A program made the position numbers and the translations under genes. A stretch of DNA of 64,000 bases, from the NCBI GenBank assembly GCA_964458115.1, contig CAYWIC010000002.1, forward strand, positions 5,936-69,935, written 5' to 3'. Each line of letters begins with the position of its first letter. The stretch's first letter is position 1. This stretch comes from an uncultured Anaerolineales bacterium. Lineage in GTDB: Bacteria > Chloroflexota > Anaerolineae > Anaerolineales > UBA11858. Shown piece by piece: positions 27,667-37,060 of this stretch. Below the pieces are notes generated by a model. That model was not told where the DNA came from. It was given only the letters and a program-made list of their open reading frames with translations, and searched no databases.

Positions 27667-29994
27667 TCATTCAGAGAAGTAGTATTCATCGGGTTGGTTA
27701 TCAGTGAAAGTATTTGTACCGATCTGCTCGACGAGTTCGGGGTCCGGTGTTTTCAGCCAGATTCCCCCACCGACATCCTCAGCAATATTATCTTTGAAAT
27801 AGTTGTCAGTTAAAGATGCATTTATGGCTGCCTGCCCATACAATCCAGCGCCAGAAGTGGCTCGATTGCCCGTAAAATGATTCAGTTCGACACGCACTTG
27901 GTTATTCCCCAGGATGTGAACACCCCCTCCGAATTGGGCCTCATTCTGGGTGATCTGATTGTCCCGGATCTCGGTAGCGATCGCCCCGCTGACATCGATA
28001 CCCCCACCTTCCATCCCAGCTTTATTTTGGCTGATCAAGTTATCTTCGATGATCAGCGTGGATTCAATCTCTATGAATATCCCCCCACCGAATCCGGCCT
28101 GATTATGCGTGATTTCATTTCCGATTACCGTGACCAGCACATTTGCCCCGGCGAAGAGGCCTCCGCCTCCCGCCTGGCTGAGGTTATCTGTGATGATATT
28201 GTCTAATACTGTAACTGTGGAATGATTGAAGATCATGACCCCCGCTCCGGATTGTGCTGAATTATTGGTAACAGTATTCCCTTTGATCGTCGGAGCAGCA
28301 CCCCAATCGATGAGCATGCCCCCGCCTGTTTCGGCTTGATTCCCCTCGACGAAATTGCCTCCGAGGGTGGGAGCGGATCCATCCACAATGTAAAGTGCCC
28401 CTCCACCCAGAGCCCGATTGTCGCGCAAGGTGTTATTCCGGATGATAGGATAGGAGCCACTTGCTATATAAATTGCGCCTCCCCCATGGGTGACTTGGTT
28501 GTCAATGATGACATTGTTTTCGATCAACGGCCAAGATCGATTTTCGACAACAATACCGCCGCCACAATGTCTGATTGTGTCTTGGGTGTCGAAAACCCCT
28601 CTTCGGCAAGTTTGGATTTCGCCCTCTTCAGAAGCCTGTTGATATTCTGTCCCGCTTCCATTGGTGATGGTAAAACCCAGTACATGCGCTTTGATGGTTT
28701 CGCCGTTTTGAAAGGTGATTACACTCCCACTTCCGCCGCCGTCAAGGATGGTGGCATTCACGATGTCTGGATCCTCGGGATCCCAGCTGCGGAGGGTGAT
28801 ATTCACCCCATTGAAGTTGATGTTTTCCTGGTAGGTGCCCGGAGCAACTATTATCTCATCCCCCTCTTCGGAGGAGTCGATGGCTTCCTGAATGGTCGCG
28901 TAATCTTCAGGCACATGGATTGCGGCTGACACTGGCATTGGCATCCAGTCAATTCCTGAGTTCATGTCGAGAGATAAACCTGCATCTATAGGTTGGACAT
29001 CGCTTCCATCACTCGACATCAAGTAGAGGGCATATCTCCCCTCACGGTTTGATATGAAAGCGATTCGATCTCCCCCTGGAGACCATACCGGCCACCAATC
29101 CTTTCTGTCGTTGTCGGTTAGCTGTTGGATATTCTCCCCCTTTGTGTCCATCACATAGATTTCGAAATCTCCATCTTGATCGGATACATATAGGATTTTT
29201 GAGCCATCCGGTGACCAGTTTGGACCCGCTTCAGAGACATCATTTTTTGTGATCACACGCTGGTTATGTCCATCAATATCCATCATATAGATATCATCAT
29301 CGCCGTCGCGCGGGGACATGAAGATAATGTGCTCTCCATCGGGGGACCATGCTGGCCAGGCGTCGTAGACATCGTTGTCAGTGAGCACTCGTTTATCCCC
29401 CCCATCAGAATTCATGATCACGATCTCCGAATCGGCTCCTCGTTGAGATGAATATACGATATTACTTCCTGTGGGTGACCAGGCAGGTTCGTATTCCCCT
29501 ATGCCTGTTGCAATCGCGTTTTGATCCGTGCCATCTGAGTTCATCACATAAATCCCCCAGGAATCACTCCGGTCTGACATGAAGACGATTTGTTCCCCAT
29601 CTGGCGACCAGGATGGCCAGCTATCTTTGGAGTCATTGTCTGTAAGTTGGCGTACGTCGCCGCCGTCGGCATTCATGAGATAGATCTCGTAGTCGCCGTC
29701 ATGTTTGGAAGCTATTGCCAAAACTCCGCCTCCGCTCCCGCTGAGTGGGGGAAAGGCCATTACTGTGGGAGTCGGTGAAATATCCTGTTTTTGAGTGTTT
29801 TCTGGTGGAATGATCGTAACAGTTGCTTCTGTCTCTTCGATTTTCAGATCAGTGAATTGAGTAGAGTCAGTGGGGGATTTGTCCGAAACTAGGGAACAAC
29901 CATACAGGAGCGTGTTCAATAGCACGAGTAGAGCCGAACTAAATTTCCAAGCAAAGGTCAGAGAGAATTCCCGCCCGGTCGATTTGATAGGCAT
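27667..29994 (-). CDS. TolB-like PD40 beta-propeller + right-handed parallel beta-helix lipoprotein
   Basis: Lipobox LYGC; five PxWSPDG repeats; VPEDYATIQEAID then repeated GGG...N.I..N.A units. Confidence 0.85.
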   Translation of the reverse strand: MPIKSTGREFSLTFAWKFSSALLVLLNTLLYGCSLVSDKSPTDSTQFTDLKIEETEATVTIIPPENTQKQDISPTPTVMAFPPLSGSGGGVLAIASKHDGDYEIYLMNADGGDVRQLTDNDSKDSWPSWSPDGEQIVFMSDRSDSWGIYVMNSDGTDQNAIATGIGEYEPAWSPTGSNIVYSSQRGADSEIVIMNSDGGDKRVLTDNDVYDAWPAWSPDGEHIIFMSPRDGDDDIYMMDIDGHNQRVITKNDVSEAGPNWSPDGSKILYVSDQDGDFEIYVMDTKGENIQQLTDNDRKDWWPVWSPGGDRIAFISNREGRYALYLMSSDGSDVQPIDAGLSLDMNSGIDWMPMPVSAAIHVPEDYATIQEAIDSSEEGDEIIVAPGTYQENINFNGVNITLRSWDPEDPDIVNATILDGGGSGSVITFQNGETIKAHVLGFTITNGSGTEYQQASEEGEIQTCRRGVFDTQDTIRHCGGGIVVENRSWPLIENNVIIDNQVTHGGGAIYIASGSYPIIRNNTLRDNRALGGGALYIVDGSAPTLGGNFVEGNQAETGGGMLIDWGAAPTIKGNTVTNNSAQSGAGVMIFNHSTVTVLDNIITDNLSQAGGGGLFAGANVLVTVIGNEITHNQAGFGGGIFIEIESTLIIEDNLISQNKAGMEGGGIDVSGAIATEIRDNQITQNEAQFGGGVHILGNNQVRVELNHFTGNRATSGAGLYGQAAINASLTDNYFKDNIAEDVGGGIWLKTPDPELVEQIGTNTFTDNQPDEYYFSE

Positions 29995-30068
29995 GTATTG
30001 AGCTCCTCCCCCCAATATTCAGGTTGCTATTTTGAACAGTGACCCAGTCAATGTGGTTTCATTATTCG

Positions 30069-30680
30069 TTAGATTTCTCGATTTGGGAAGAAAAGTTCTT
30101 GGATCTCGATGTTAAGCCCGGCACTTGTTTCGGGTACACCAGCGAGCGAAGTGTTCAACTGGCGGCGTAAGTTTTCACGGCCATAGTGAAGGTGTGATTT
30201 CACCGTTCCTGGCGAACACGCTAAAATGGTTGACATTTCATCGATGTTCAGCGCATTGTAATAATGCAACACTACGACGACGCGTTGCTGGATCTCTAGG
30301 TTTGCCAAGGCATTGATCAATGCCCCTGGCGATTGAATTACGTTTTTGGAATCGTTAAAAAATCCATCAGCAAGCTGGCGCTGCCAGTCCATGGTCAATG
30401 GCCAGCGCTGGCGTTGTTTGGCCCAATCGGCTGCCTTGTGCGTAGCTTCTCGAATCAACCAATGATTTACCGAATTCGACCTATCGAATGTATGGATACT
30501 ACCATTTAATTCGAGAAAACATTCCTGGAGAACCTTTTCAGCTGCTGCCTGGTTACAGGTGATGGCCAGCGCAGTGCGATACACAATGGAGTTGTAACGA
30601 TCGTAGAGTTCCCCCAATGCCTCCAAGTCACCAGCTCTGAGTCGCAGGATCAATAATTCATCTTGATCTAAGGTAGGCAT
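30069..30680 (-). CDS. ECF-type RNA polymerase sigma factor
   Basis: GDLEALGELYDRY, region 2 QECFL/WL, region 4 EMSTILACSPGTVKSHLHYGR. Confidence 0.88.
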   Translation of the reverse strand: MPTLDQDELLILRLRAGDLEALGELYDRYNSIVYRTALAITCNQAAAEKVLQECFLELNGSIHTFDRSNSVNHWLIREATHKAADWAKQRQRWPLTMDWQRQLADGFFNDSKNVIQSPGALINALANLEIQQRVVVVLHYYNALNIDEMSTILACSPGTVKSHLHYGRENLRRQLNTSLAGVPETSAGLNIEIQELFFPNREI

Positions 30681-30801
30681 AGCGCATCCCTGTTTGGTGA
30701 AATAAATTTGAAAAAGACTCCAGGCTAAATGATATTCTCGAGCCTATCAAATTGACACGACCCCAGGGTGTTATTTGGCACCCCTCTTAAGTATGGTATA
30801 T

Positions 30802-30850
30802 GGAAAAAACACTTGCTAATTCGCGGAGCGGGGGAGCAAGTGTTTTTTCC
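30802..30850. repeat. Long intergenic palindrome (family A, copy 4)
   Basis: GGAAAAAACACTTGCT...AGCAAGTGTTTTTTCC around a GCGGAGC core. Confidence 0.85.
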
Positions 30851-30873
30851 AATGGATTATGTGCGAAAACGGT

Positions 30874-32655
30874 TTATGGCGCTTCGGGCATTGGATGCGC
30901 AGCGAAGAACTCCCAGATCAGGTCGTTTACAGTAACAGCAGGCTCGAATCCTCCACCGCCAAACGTCGTTGTGGGCCAGTTATGGCCATCCAAAGCCAAA
31001 GAATATAGAATCACATCGCTATCCTCCTCGCACCCTGGCCAGATGTCTGTTGTGATCACACCACCCTTGGATACGCTCTCGACTTCGGGCGAGCAGCCAT
31101 TCCTTTCCGCCCAGGCCGCAGCCCAAACGGGAATTTCTGGCACATTGACGACCCCCTCATGGTCTGTCCCCTCGTAGGGAATGACCTCGTCTCGCAGCCC
31201 ATGAAATGAGATCACCGAGATTGGCCGATCGGGGTGGCAATCTTCCCAGTAATAGTACGCGCCTCCAACAGGAGCTATCGCTGCGATTGCCTCGGAAAGG
31301 TCACACCCCAAGCGGTTTGCCATGCCACCGCCATTCGAGAAGCCTACTGCGAAAATGCGTTGGGGATCGATGCTCAGGTGGCTATTCAGATAAATAATTA
31401 AATCCTCGACAAATTGGACATCATCGACATCGGATTGAGATTCCGCCTCGGGCAGGTCTTCCCAGGTTGTGGGTGAGCCTGTTGCCTGGGGGTACGCGAC
31501 AATGAACCCGTGCTGGTTGGCAAGCGGGTTGAGTTGGAAATATATCTCAGCGTCGAACGCATTGGAGCCGCGCCCGTGGAAGACCAGCACCAATGGCATC
31601 AAGGTGCCTTGTTCATAACCTGGTGGGATGTGCAGCTTGAAGGTGCGGTCGTGTTCACCCGAAGAGATCACATCGAAATAGTCACCTGAGACAGGGTATG
31701 CAGTCTCGGAAGCTTGAGCGGTTGTATCTGGTGCTTGCACTTCAGCCAGGCTGGTTTTTGGGTGGGCGACGAAGAAATCCCAGATGACCTCGGTGGCATC
31801 CATGGCCTGGGTGGTTCCGTTAATTTCGATAGCGAACTCGGATCCCGGCCATGAGTGCCCGGCATCGGCAATGGAGTAGAGCGCTACCAGAGTATCTCCG
31901 CGGCACGCCTCCCAGGATTCCAGAGTGAGTACATCGCTAAGGCGTTGGGTAGTTGGAACGATATTACAACCATCCCGTTCACCCCAGGCTTCAACCCAAT
32001 CGTGAACCAGGGGGTTGTTCTGGTTACCCTCGTAAGGGATGATCGAATCCAAGAGCCCGTGGATGGCCAGCACCGAAACCGCGTATTGCGCTTCGCAATC
32101 GTAATAACCAACGTGCCCGCCAGAGACAGACGCGACAGCCGCTAAAATGTCCGAGCGTGAACAGGCTAGCCGGTTGGCAAAGGAGGCGCCATTCGAAAAG
32201 CCCGTGGCATAGATTCGGGTCGAGTCGATATTGAGTTCTTCCTGCAGGTGTGCCAATAATGCATCGAAGAAGGCCATATCGGGGTCGCCGATCTCGGTAG
32301 GGACTGCGCCCCACCAGGTGGGCGGATTGTCGATTGCTTGGGGCGCAACTACCACAAACCCAGCTTCATCGGCCTTGGCGTTCATCTGGGTCATCGCTTG
32401 TTGCTGAACGGCGGTCGCTGTGCGGCCGTGGAGGTTGAACACCAATGGTATCGCGTTCTCAGGCTGATAGCCGGGGGGAATATGTAACAGGAAGATGCGT
32501 TCTGTGCCATCAATGTCCAAAGTTTCAGAATAGTCGCCGGGTCCTGTGTATTTGCTTGGGGTTGGTGAAGGGGTAGGCTCCGCTGGGACCGCGGATGGGC
32601 TGCAGGCAGTCAAGGCTGCTATAAAAATGAGGAGGAATATTGTTGTGTATCTCAT
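30874..32655 (-). CDS. Tandem two-domain PHB-depolymerase/LpqC-like esterase lipoprotein
   Basis: Lipobox LTAC; two domains each with LHG/FHG, GFSNG, GHxWP. Confidence 0.88.
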   Translation of the reverse strand: MRYTTIFLLIFIAALTACSPSAVPAEPTPSPTPSKYTGPGDYSETLDIDGTERIFLLHIPPGYQPENAIPLVFNLHGRTATAVQQQAMTQMNAKADEAGFVVVAPQAIDNPPTWWGAVPTEIGDPDMAFFDALLAHLQEELNIDSTRIYATGFSNGASFANRLACSRSDILAAVASVSGGHVGYYDCEAQYAVSVLAIHGLLDSIIPYEGNQNNPLVHDWVEAWGERDGCNIVPTTQRLSDVLTLESWEACRGDTLVALYSIADAGHSWPGSEFAIEINGTTQAMDATEVIWDFFVAHPKTSLAEVQAPDTTAQASETAYPVSGDYFDVISSGEHDRTFKLHIPPGYEQGTLMPLVLVFHGRGSNAFDAEIYFQLNPLANQHGFIVAYPQATGSPTTWEDLPEAESQSDVDDVQFVEDLIIYLNSHLSIDPQRIFAVGFSNGGGMANRLGCDLSEAIAAIAPVGGAYYYWEDCHPDRPISVISFHGLRDEVIPYEGTDHEGVVNVPEIPVWAAAWAERNGCSPEVESVSKGGVITTDIWPGCEEDSDVILYSLALDGHNWPTTTFGGGGFEPAVTVNDLIWEFFAAHPMPEAP

Positions 32656-32682
32656 GAAATTTTCCTTAATCGAGTTATCGCC

Positions 32683-32713
32683 TTTTCCCGGAATCTCACA
32701 ATTTCCGGGAAAA
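32683..32713. terminator. Intergenic inverted repeat
   Basis: TTTTCCCGGAA-N9-TTCCGGGAAAA between two esterase genes. Confidence 0.5.
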
Positions 32714-32723
32714 TATTCGGTGG

Positions 32724-33677
32724 TTACTCTGATCCAACAAATCTCTTTGGATGGGATTTAAAAAAATCCCAAATGATATCAGTGGCGTACACATCAGGAG
32801 CGGGACCGTCCAGGTAGGGACCTGGCCCAAACCCTGAGCCAGGCCAGACGTGACCGCCACCTTCAATGCTGTAAAGCACCACAGTTGCATCCCCGGTGCA
32901 ATCTTCCCAGGATTCCACTTTGATGGCTGCCTGGGACTGTTCGGTCTCAGGCGTCAAAGCACATTGATTGCGCTGTGCCCAGGCTGCCACCCAGGCAGGG
33001 ACCGATGGAAGATAACCTCCATCTCCCAGGTATGGAATGATGTGGTCTTCGGTGCCATGGATAGCCAGCACAGCTACCGGGAATGCTGGCTCGCAGGTCT
33101 CCATTTGCGGATGGGCGCCCGCGACCACGGCGATAGCGGAGATCTTCTCTGACATCACACACGCCAGGCGATTGGCCATGGCCCCGCCATTTGAGAAGCC
33201 AGTCACGTAAATCCGGGCAGGATCGATGCTGTGCTGACTTTCCAGAGTGGCGATCAACTCTTCAAAGAATACCAGATCTTCCTGACCCTTTGGTCCTGGG
33301 GCTGGCCACCAGGTTGCTGGCTCTCCCAACGCCTGGGGAGTGACAACGATGAAGCCGTGTTGATCTGCCTGAAGGCTCATTTGGCTGATCTGATCATGCT
33401 GGGCGATGTCACTGCCGCGCCCGTGCAGATTGAGCACCAGAGGGTGGGGTACGCCAGACTGATATCCGGCAGGTATGTGGGTGACAAACTCCCGGTTGGT
33501 TCCGTTCACGCTGAGCGTTCCATAGTGATCCCCCGGCGGACGATGATATTCCTTTGGGATGGGAGTGTATGCTGGCTGCAGTGTAGCGATTTTCGAGGTG
33601 CTTTGGCATCCAAACATGCAAGAGCAAGCCCATGCAATGATGAGTAGTACTGGCAAATGAAGTTTACTTTTTATCAC
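32724..33677 (-). CDS. Single-domain PHB-depolymerase/LpqC-like esterase lipoprotein
   Basis: NLHG, GFSNGG, HGTED, GHVWP. N-terminal signal ending ...MFGC. Confidence 0.88.
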   Translation of the reverse strand: MIKSKLHLPVLLIIAWACSCMFGCQSTSKIATLQPAYTPIPKEYHRPPGDHYGTLSVNGTNREFVTHIPAGYQSGVPHPLVLNLHGRGSDIAQHDQISQMSLQADQHGFIVVTPQALGEPATWWPAPGPKGQEDLVFFEELIATLESQHSIDPARIYVTGFSNGGAMANRLACVMSEKISAIAVVAGAHPQMETCEPAFPVAVLAIHGTEDHIIPYLGDGGYLPSVPAWVAAWAQRNQCALTPETEQSQAAIKVESWEDCTGDATVVLYSIEGGGHVWPGSGFGPGPYLDGPAPDVYATDIIWDFFKSHPKRFVGSE

Positions 33678-33766
33678 TATCCTTTTTACCTGATCCGCAA
33701 GTATTAATCAAATTTCTGTCATCCTGAGCCGCCCAATCCGCTTCAAGTGCGTAACTCCGTATTGTT

Positions 33767-35578
33767 TCACTCTTCAGAAGACCGTGGGTTTGCCTCGAAG
33801 AACTCCCAAACCACATCCGTGGCGTTGATCTGAGATTCGACATTCTCGCGGAAAACGGCCACTGAGGAGCCTGGCCAGACATGCAGACCACCAATGCGAG
33901 AGATCAACTGGACAGTGACATCCTCATCACACCCCACCCAAGTTTCGATCTTGAGCGATGGGTCTGGATGTTCGACCTGGGGTTCGGGTTGGCAGCCGTT
34001 GCGTTGAGCCCAGTACTCCACCCAAAGGTGTACCGGAGGGACTTCGTCCCCGCGGCCTTCGTAGGGGATGGTGGGATCATCCGTGCCGTGAATGACCAGC
34101 ACAGAAACAGGACGCTCGATATTGCAGTTGGCGAAGTCGGTGTGACCGCCTGCTATCGGGGCGATTCCGGCAAAGGTCTCAGACATGAAGCAGCCCAGAG
34201 CATTGCTCATGGTGCCGCCGTTGGAAATTCCCGTAGCGTAGATGCGCGCCGGGTCGATATTGATCAAGGCTTGCAGATAGGCCATCAGCACCACAAAGAA
34301 ATCCTTATCAGCTTGGCCGTGAAGCCCTGGCAGCGGACCATGCCAGGAAGCAGGCTCTCCCAGGGCTTGCGGGTGAACGACGATAAAGCCTTCTTGATCG
34401 GCTTTGGCGTTCATACTTGTATATTCCTGCTGGTCGAACATGGTGCCGGTATAGCCATGCAAGTTGATCATCAGAGGTGTGGGGATTTCGGGGTCGTACC
34501 CGAGGGGGATGTGGACCGTGAACCAGCGCGTATAGCCATCTACGGGGAGCATATCGACGTAGTCGCCGGGATTCTGATAGCGGGCCAATAATACAGGATC
34601 GATGGTCGGTTCGGAGATGACGATATCGGACTTGGGATGCGCTTCGAAGAATTCCCAGATCACATCAGTAGCGTAAAGGTCGGGTTCCAGGCCAGCCTCG
34701 TAGGGACCAGGTCCGTAGGCTGAGCCGGGCCATTCGTGCAGCCCGCCCTTGACGGTGTAAAAGGTCACCAGGGAGTCTCCCGCACAATTACTCCAGGTTT
34801 CTTGTAGAAAGTCTTGATTGTCCTGGTCGATGCTGGGGGACAGATCACAGCCATTTGATTCGGCCCACGCTTCCACCCAGTCATGAACAGCCGGTGTATT
34901 TCGTTGCGCGTCCCCCTCAATAGGGATCGTGCCGTCATCTGTACCATGCATCACCAGCACCGAGACCGGCTTCTCCAACAGGCAGCCCCCGGAATGGGCA
35001 TTCCCGGCCGCGATGGGCGCGATAGCGGCGATCTTGTCAGACAGGATGCAGCCTAGATGGTTGGTCATCGTGCCGCCGTTGGAGATCCCGGTGATGTAGA
35101 TGCGGGCGGAGTCAATGCTCATCTCCTCGCTAAGATATTCGATCATCTCCTCGAAAAAGTGATTGTCATTGGCACTGGCTGGGCCGGAGACGGGGCCCAA
35201 CCAGGTGGCCGGTTCGTGCAGCGCTTGGGGGTAGACCAGCAGGAAGCCCGCCTGGTCGGACTTGGCGTTCATGTGGCTGCGGTTGGCTTGCCCGTGAGCC
35301 GACCCGCCAGCCCCATGCAGATTGAATAGCAGGGGAGTGAGTTCGCCGGGCTGGTAACCGGGCGGGACGTGCAGCAGAAAAGTGCGCTCCATCCCATATA
35401 CCGTGATGACAACGGTGTAGTCACCGGGGATCTGGTATTGTTGGACAATCTCGGGAGTGGTGTTTGGTTCCATGTGGGACACTTCTGTCAGCGGTTCTTC
35501 CAAATCATCAGTTGGGCTACAACCGGAAAGGAATAAAATTGCGATGCAGAGAATGATGATCAATGATTTGTGATTCAT
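33767..35578 (-). CDS. Tandem two-domain PHB-depolymerase/LpqC-like esterase lipoprotein
   Basis: Lipobox LSGC; two GISNGG nucleophile motifs, HGTDD x2, LHEWP/LHVWP. Confidence 0.88.
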   Translation of the reverse strand: MNHKSLIIILCIAILFLSGCSPTDDLEEPLTEVSHMEPNTTPEIVQQYQIPGDYTVVITVYGMERTFLLHVPPGYQPGELTPLLFNLHGAGGSAHGQANRSHMNAKSDQAGFLLVYPQALHEPATWLGPVSGPASANDNHFFEEMIEYLSEEMSIDSARIYITGISNGGTMTNHLGCILSDKIAAIAPIAAGNAHSGGCLLEKPVSVLVMHGTDDGTIPIEGDAQRNTPAVHDWVEAWAESNGCDLSPSIDQDNQDFLQETWSNCAGDSLVTFYTVKGGLHEWPGSAYGPGPYEAGLEPDLYATDVIWEFFEAHPKSDIVISEPTIDPVLLARYQNPGDYVDMLPVDGYTRWFTVHIPLGYDPEIPTPLMINLHGYTGTMFDQQEYTSMNAKADQEGFIVVHPQALGEPASWHGPLPGLHGQADKDFFVVLMAYLQALINIDPARIYATGISNGGTMSNALGCFMSETFAGIAPIAGGHTDFANCNIERPVSVLVIHGTDDPTIPYEGRGDEVPPVHLWVEYWAQRNGCQPEPQVEHPDPSLKIETWVGCDEDVTVQLISRIGGLHVWPGSSVAVFRENVESQINATDVVWEFFEANPRSSEE

Positions 35579-35641
35579 TGTAAGTGTCCTTTCTAGTGTC
35601 AATATTGTTGGAGCAGAGGAACTCCTGTGGTATGGGATATC

Positions 35642-35690
35642 CGCTGGAATATGGGGGTGATGGCGTAGCCACCACCCCCATATTCCAGCG
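35642..35690. repeat. Long intergenic palindrome (family A, copy 5)
   Basis: CGCTGGAATATGGGGGTG-A-TGGC-GTA-GCCA-C-CACCCCCATATTCCAGCG. Confidence 0.93.
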
Positions 35691-35701
35691 AAACAATCTT
35701 T

Positions 35702-36637
35702 TTAAGGTAGTGATTTTCCATCCATCGCGCAGCGGAAGCCGATGCTGTTCTCGTATTTATCCGGTAAATACCAGTTGCGGAACGGGTTGCGTGCGTGACC
35801 GCGAGCGGTGTCCCAACTGGCGCCGCGCAGCACGCGGTAGGTTTCTTTGGCGTCGGAGTTGGGATGCTCCAGCCATTCATGACCTTCATAGAGGGCATGC
35901 CAGTCCCAGTTCCACTCCCAGACGTTGCCCAGCATATCCAATGCGTCGATCCAGCTTGTGCCTGTGGGGTAATTGCCCACGGGAGATGTGTCTGCAAAGC
36001 CATCATTGCCGCTGGGGTCAGGGTGGGGCATATCGCAGTTGGCGTCACAGTAGTTGGCCAGGGTGCTATCGAACTCATTTCCCCAAGGATAGTACAGAGA
36101 ATTTGGTCCACGGGCGGCGAAAGCCCATTCAGCTTCCAAGGGCAGGCGCGCGCCAGCCCAAGTGCAATATGCCACGGCCTGATACCAGGTCACGTTGATT
36201 ACGGGAAACGCTGCAAATGCTGGATCATCATAATATGCGCTTCGTGTTCTGGAACTGTAATCCTTGGGAGCAGAACAGTGCCCGGCGTGCACGCAGAGGT
36301 CGTATTGGGCGTTGGTGACTTCGGTCTGGTCTAGCCAGAAGGCATCGACAGCCACTTGATGGTGTGGGTATTCATTCTCGTAGATCCTGACACCCATGGC
36401 TGCGCCATCATCATCTTCTGAGCCCATCAGGAAATCCCCCGCGGGAACGTAAACCATGACCATGTCATCAGCCCCTCGAGTTTGGGTGGCACCAATCTCA
36501 AATGTAATTTCCGATACCCCTTCTGTGGAAATAGGGTGTGCGGCCCGTGGTATTGTGCCACACCCACCTATCCCCAACACCAGGAGGAGAAGTATCCAAA
36601 AGCATTTGACAATCGTATCTTTCATCTTGCTATGCAT
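35702..36637 (-). CDS. FGE-sulfatase (SUMF1/EgtB/PvdO) domain lipoprotein
   Basis: Lipobox IGGC; FLMG, EVTNAQY, PVINVTW, RLPLEAEW, GNVWEW, RGASW, IGFRC. Confidence 0.9.
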   Translation of the reverse strand: MHSKMKDTIVKCFWILLLLVLGIGGCGTIPRAAHPISTEGVSEITFEIGATQTRGADDMVMVYVPAGDFLMGSEDDDGAAMGVRIYENEYPHHQVAVDAFWLDQTEVTNAQYDLCVHAGHCSAPKDYSSRTRSAYYDDPAFAAFPVINVTWYQAVAYCTWAGARLPLEAEWAFAARGPNSLYYPWGNEFDSTLANYCDANCDMPHPDPSGNDGFADTSPVGNYPTGTSWIDALDMLGNVWEWNWDWHALYEGHEWLEHPNSDAKETYRVLRGASWDTARGHARNPFRNWYLPDKYENSIGFRCAMDGKSLP

Positions 36638-36855
36638 ACCAATAATGAGCTTTGTATGTTCAGTTATCAACGAATCACTATCTCGCTGCCCCGGCAAAGG
36701 AGTGCAGGGAGAAATGGTTACCGAATATCTATATAATATTGGTGTCTCCTTGTTAAAACCGAATTATTCTTGGATAACAACCTTTATCGGCTCTCTAGTG
36801 CACAACCGGCGCAGATGGTTTGAAAAATGTTGTCGTTCAAATTGATTGATGTTCA

Positions 36856-36942
36856 CCCTCACCCTGACCTTAGCTGCGCTGCGGTCTGTCCCTCTCCCAC
36901 GCCGTAGGCGCGCCTCTGGCGGGGAGAGGGGTTGGGGTGAGG
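36856..36942. repeat. CCCTCACCC...GGGTGAGGG palindromic repeat (family B)
   Basis: Outer arms CCCTCACCC/GGGTGAGGG, inner CCCTCTCCC/GGGAGAGGG. Confidence 0.85.
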
Positions 36943-37060
36943 GCGAGTCAGAACACTCAAACTTTCGGCACCGAAGCTGCACTAGGAATTGCCGGAGTGA
37001 GACTTTTTTATCGATCTTGCGTATACATCAACGAGGATCACGCAAGATACCAAATACATC

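Noticed and set aside
33881-36334. Plus-strand ORFs 33881-34591, 35584-36198 and 35795-36334
   Set aside because: Antisense shadows of the esterase and FGE-domain genes; no motifs.
35702-36637. True formylglycine-generating enzyme
   Set aside because: It has the FGE fold, but I could not identify the catalytic Cys pair and no sulfatase is adjacent.
37014-37048. ATCTTGCGT...ACGCAAGAT inverted repeat before crtI as an operator
   Set aside because: Single occurrence, with no cognate regulator nearby.
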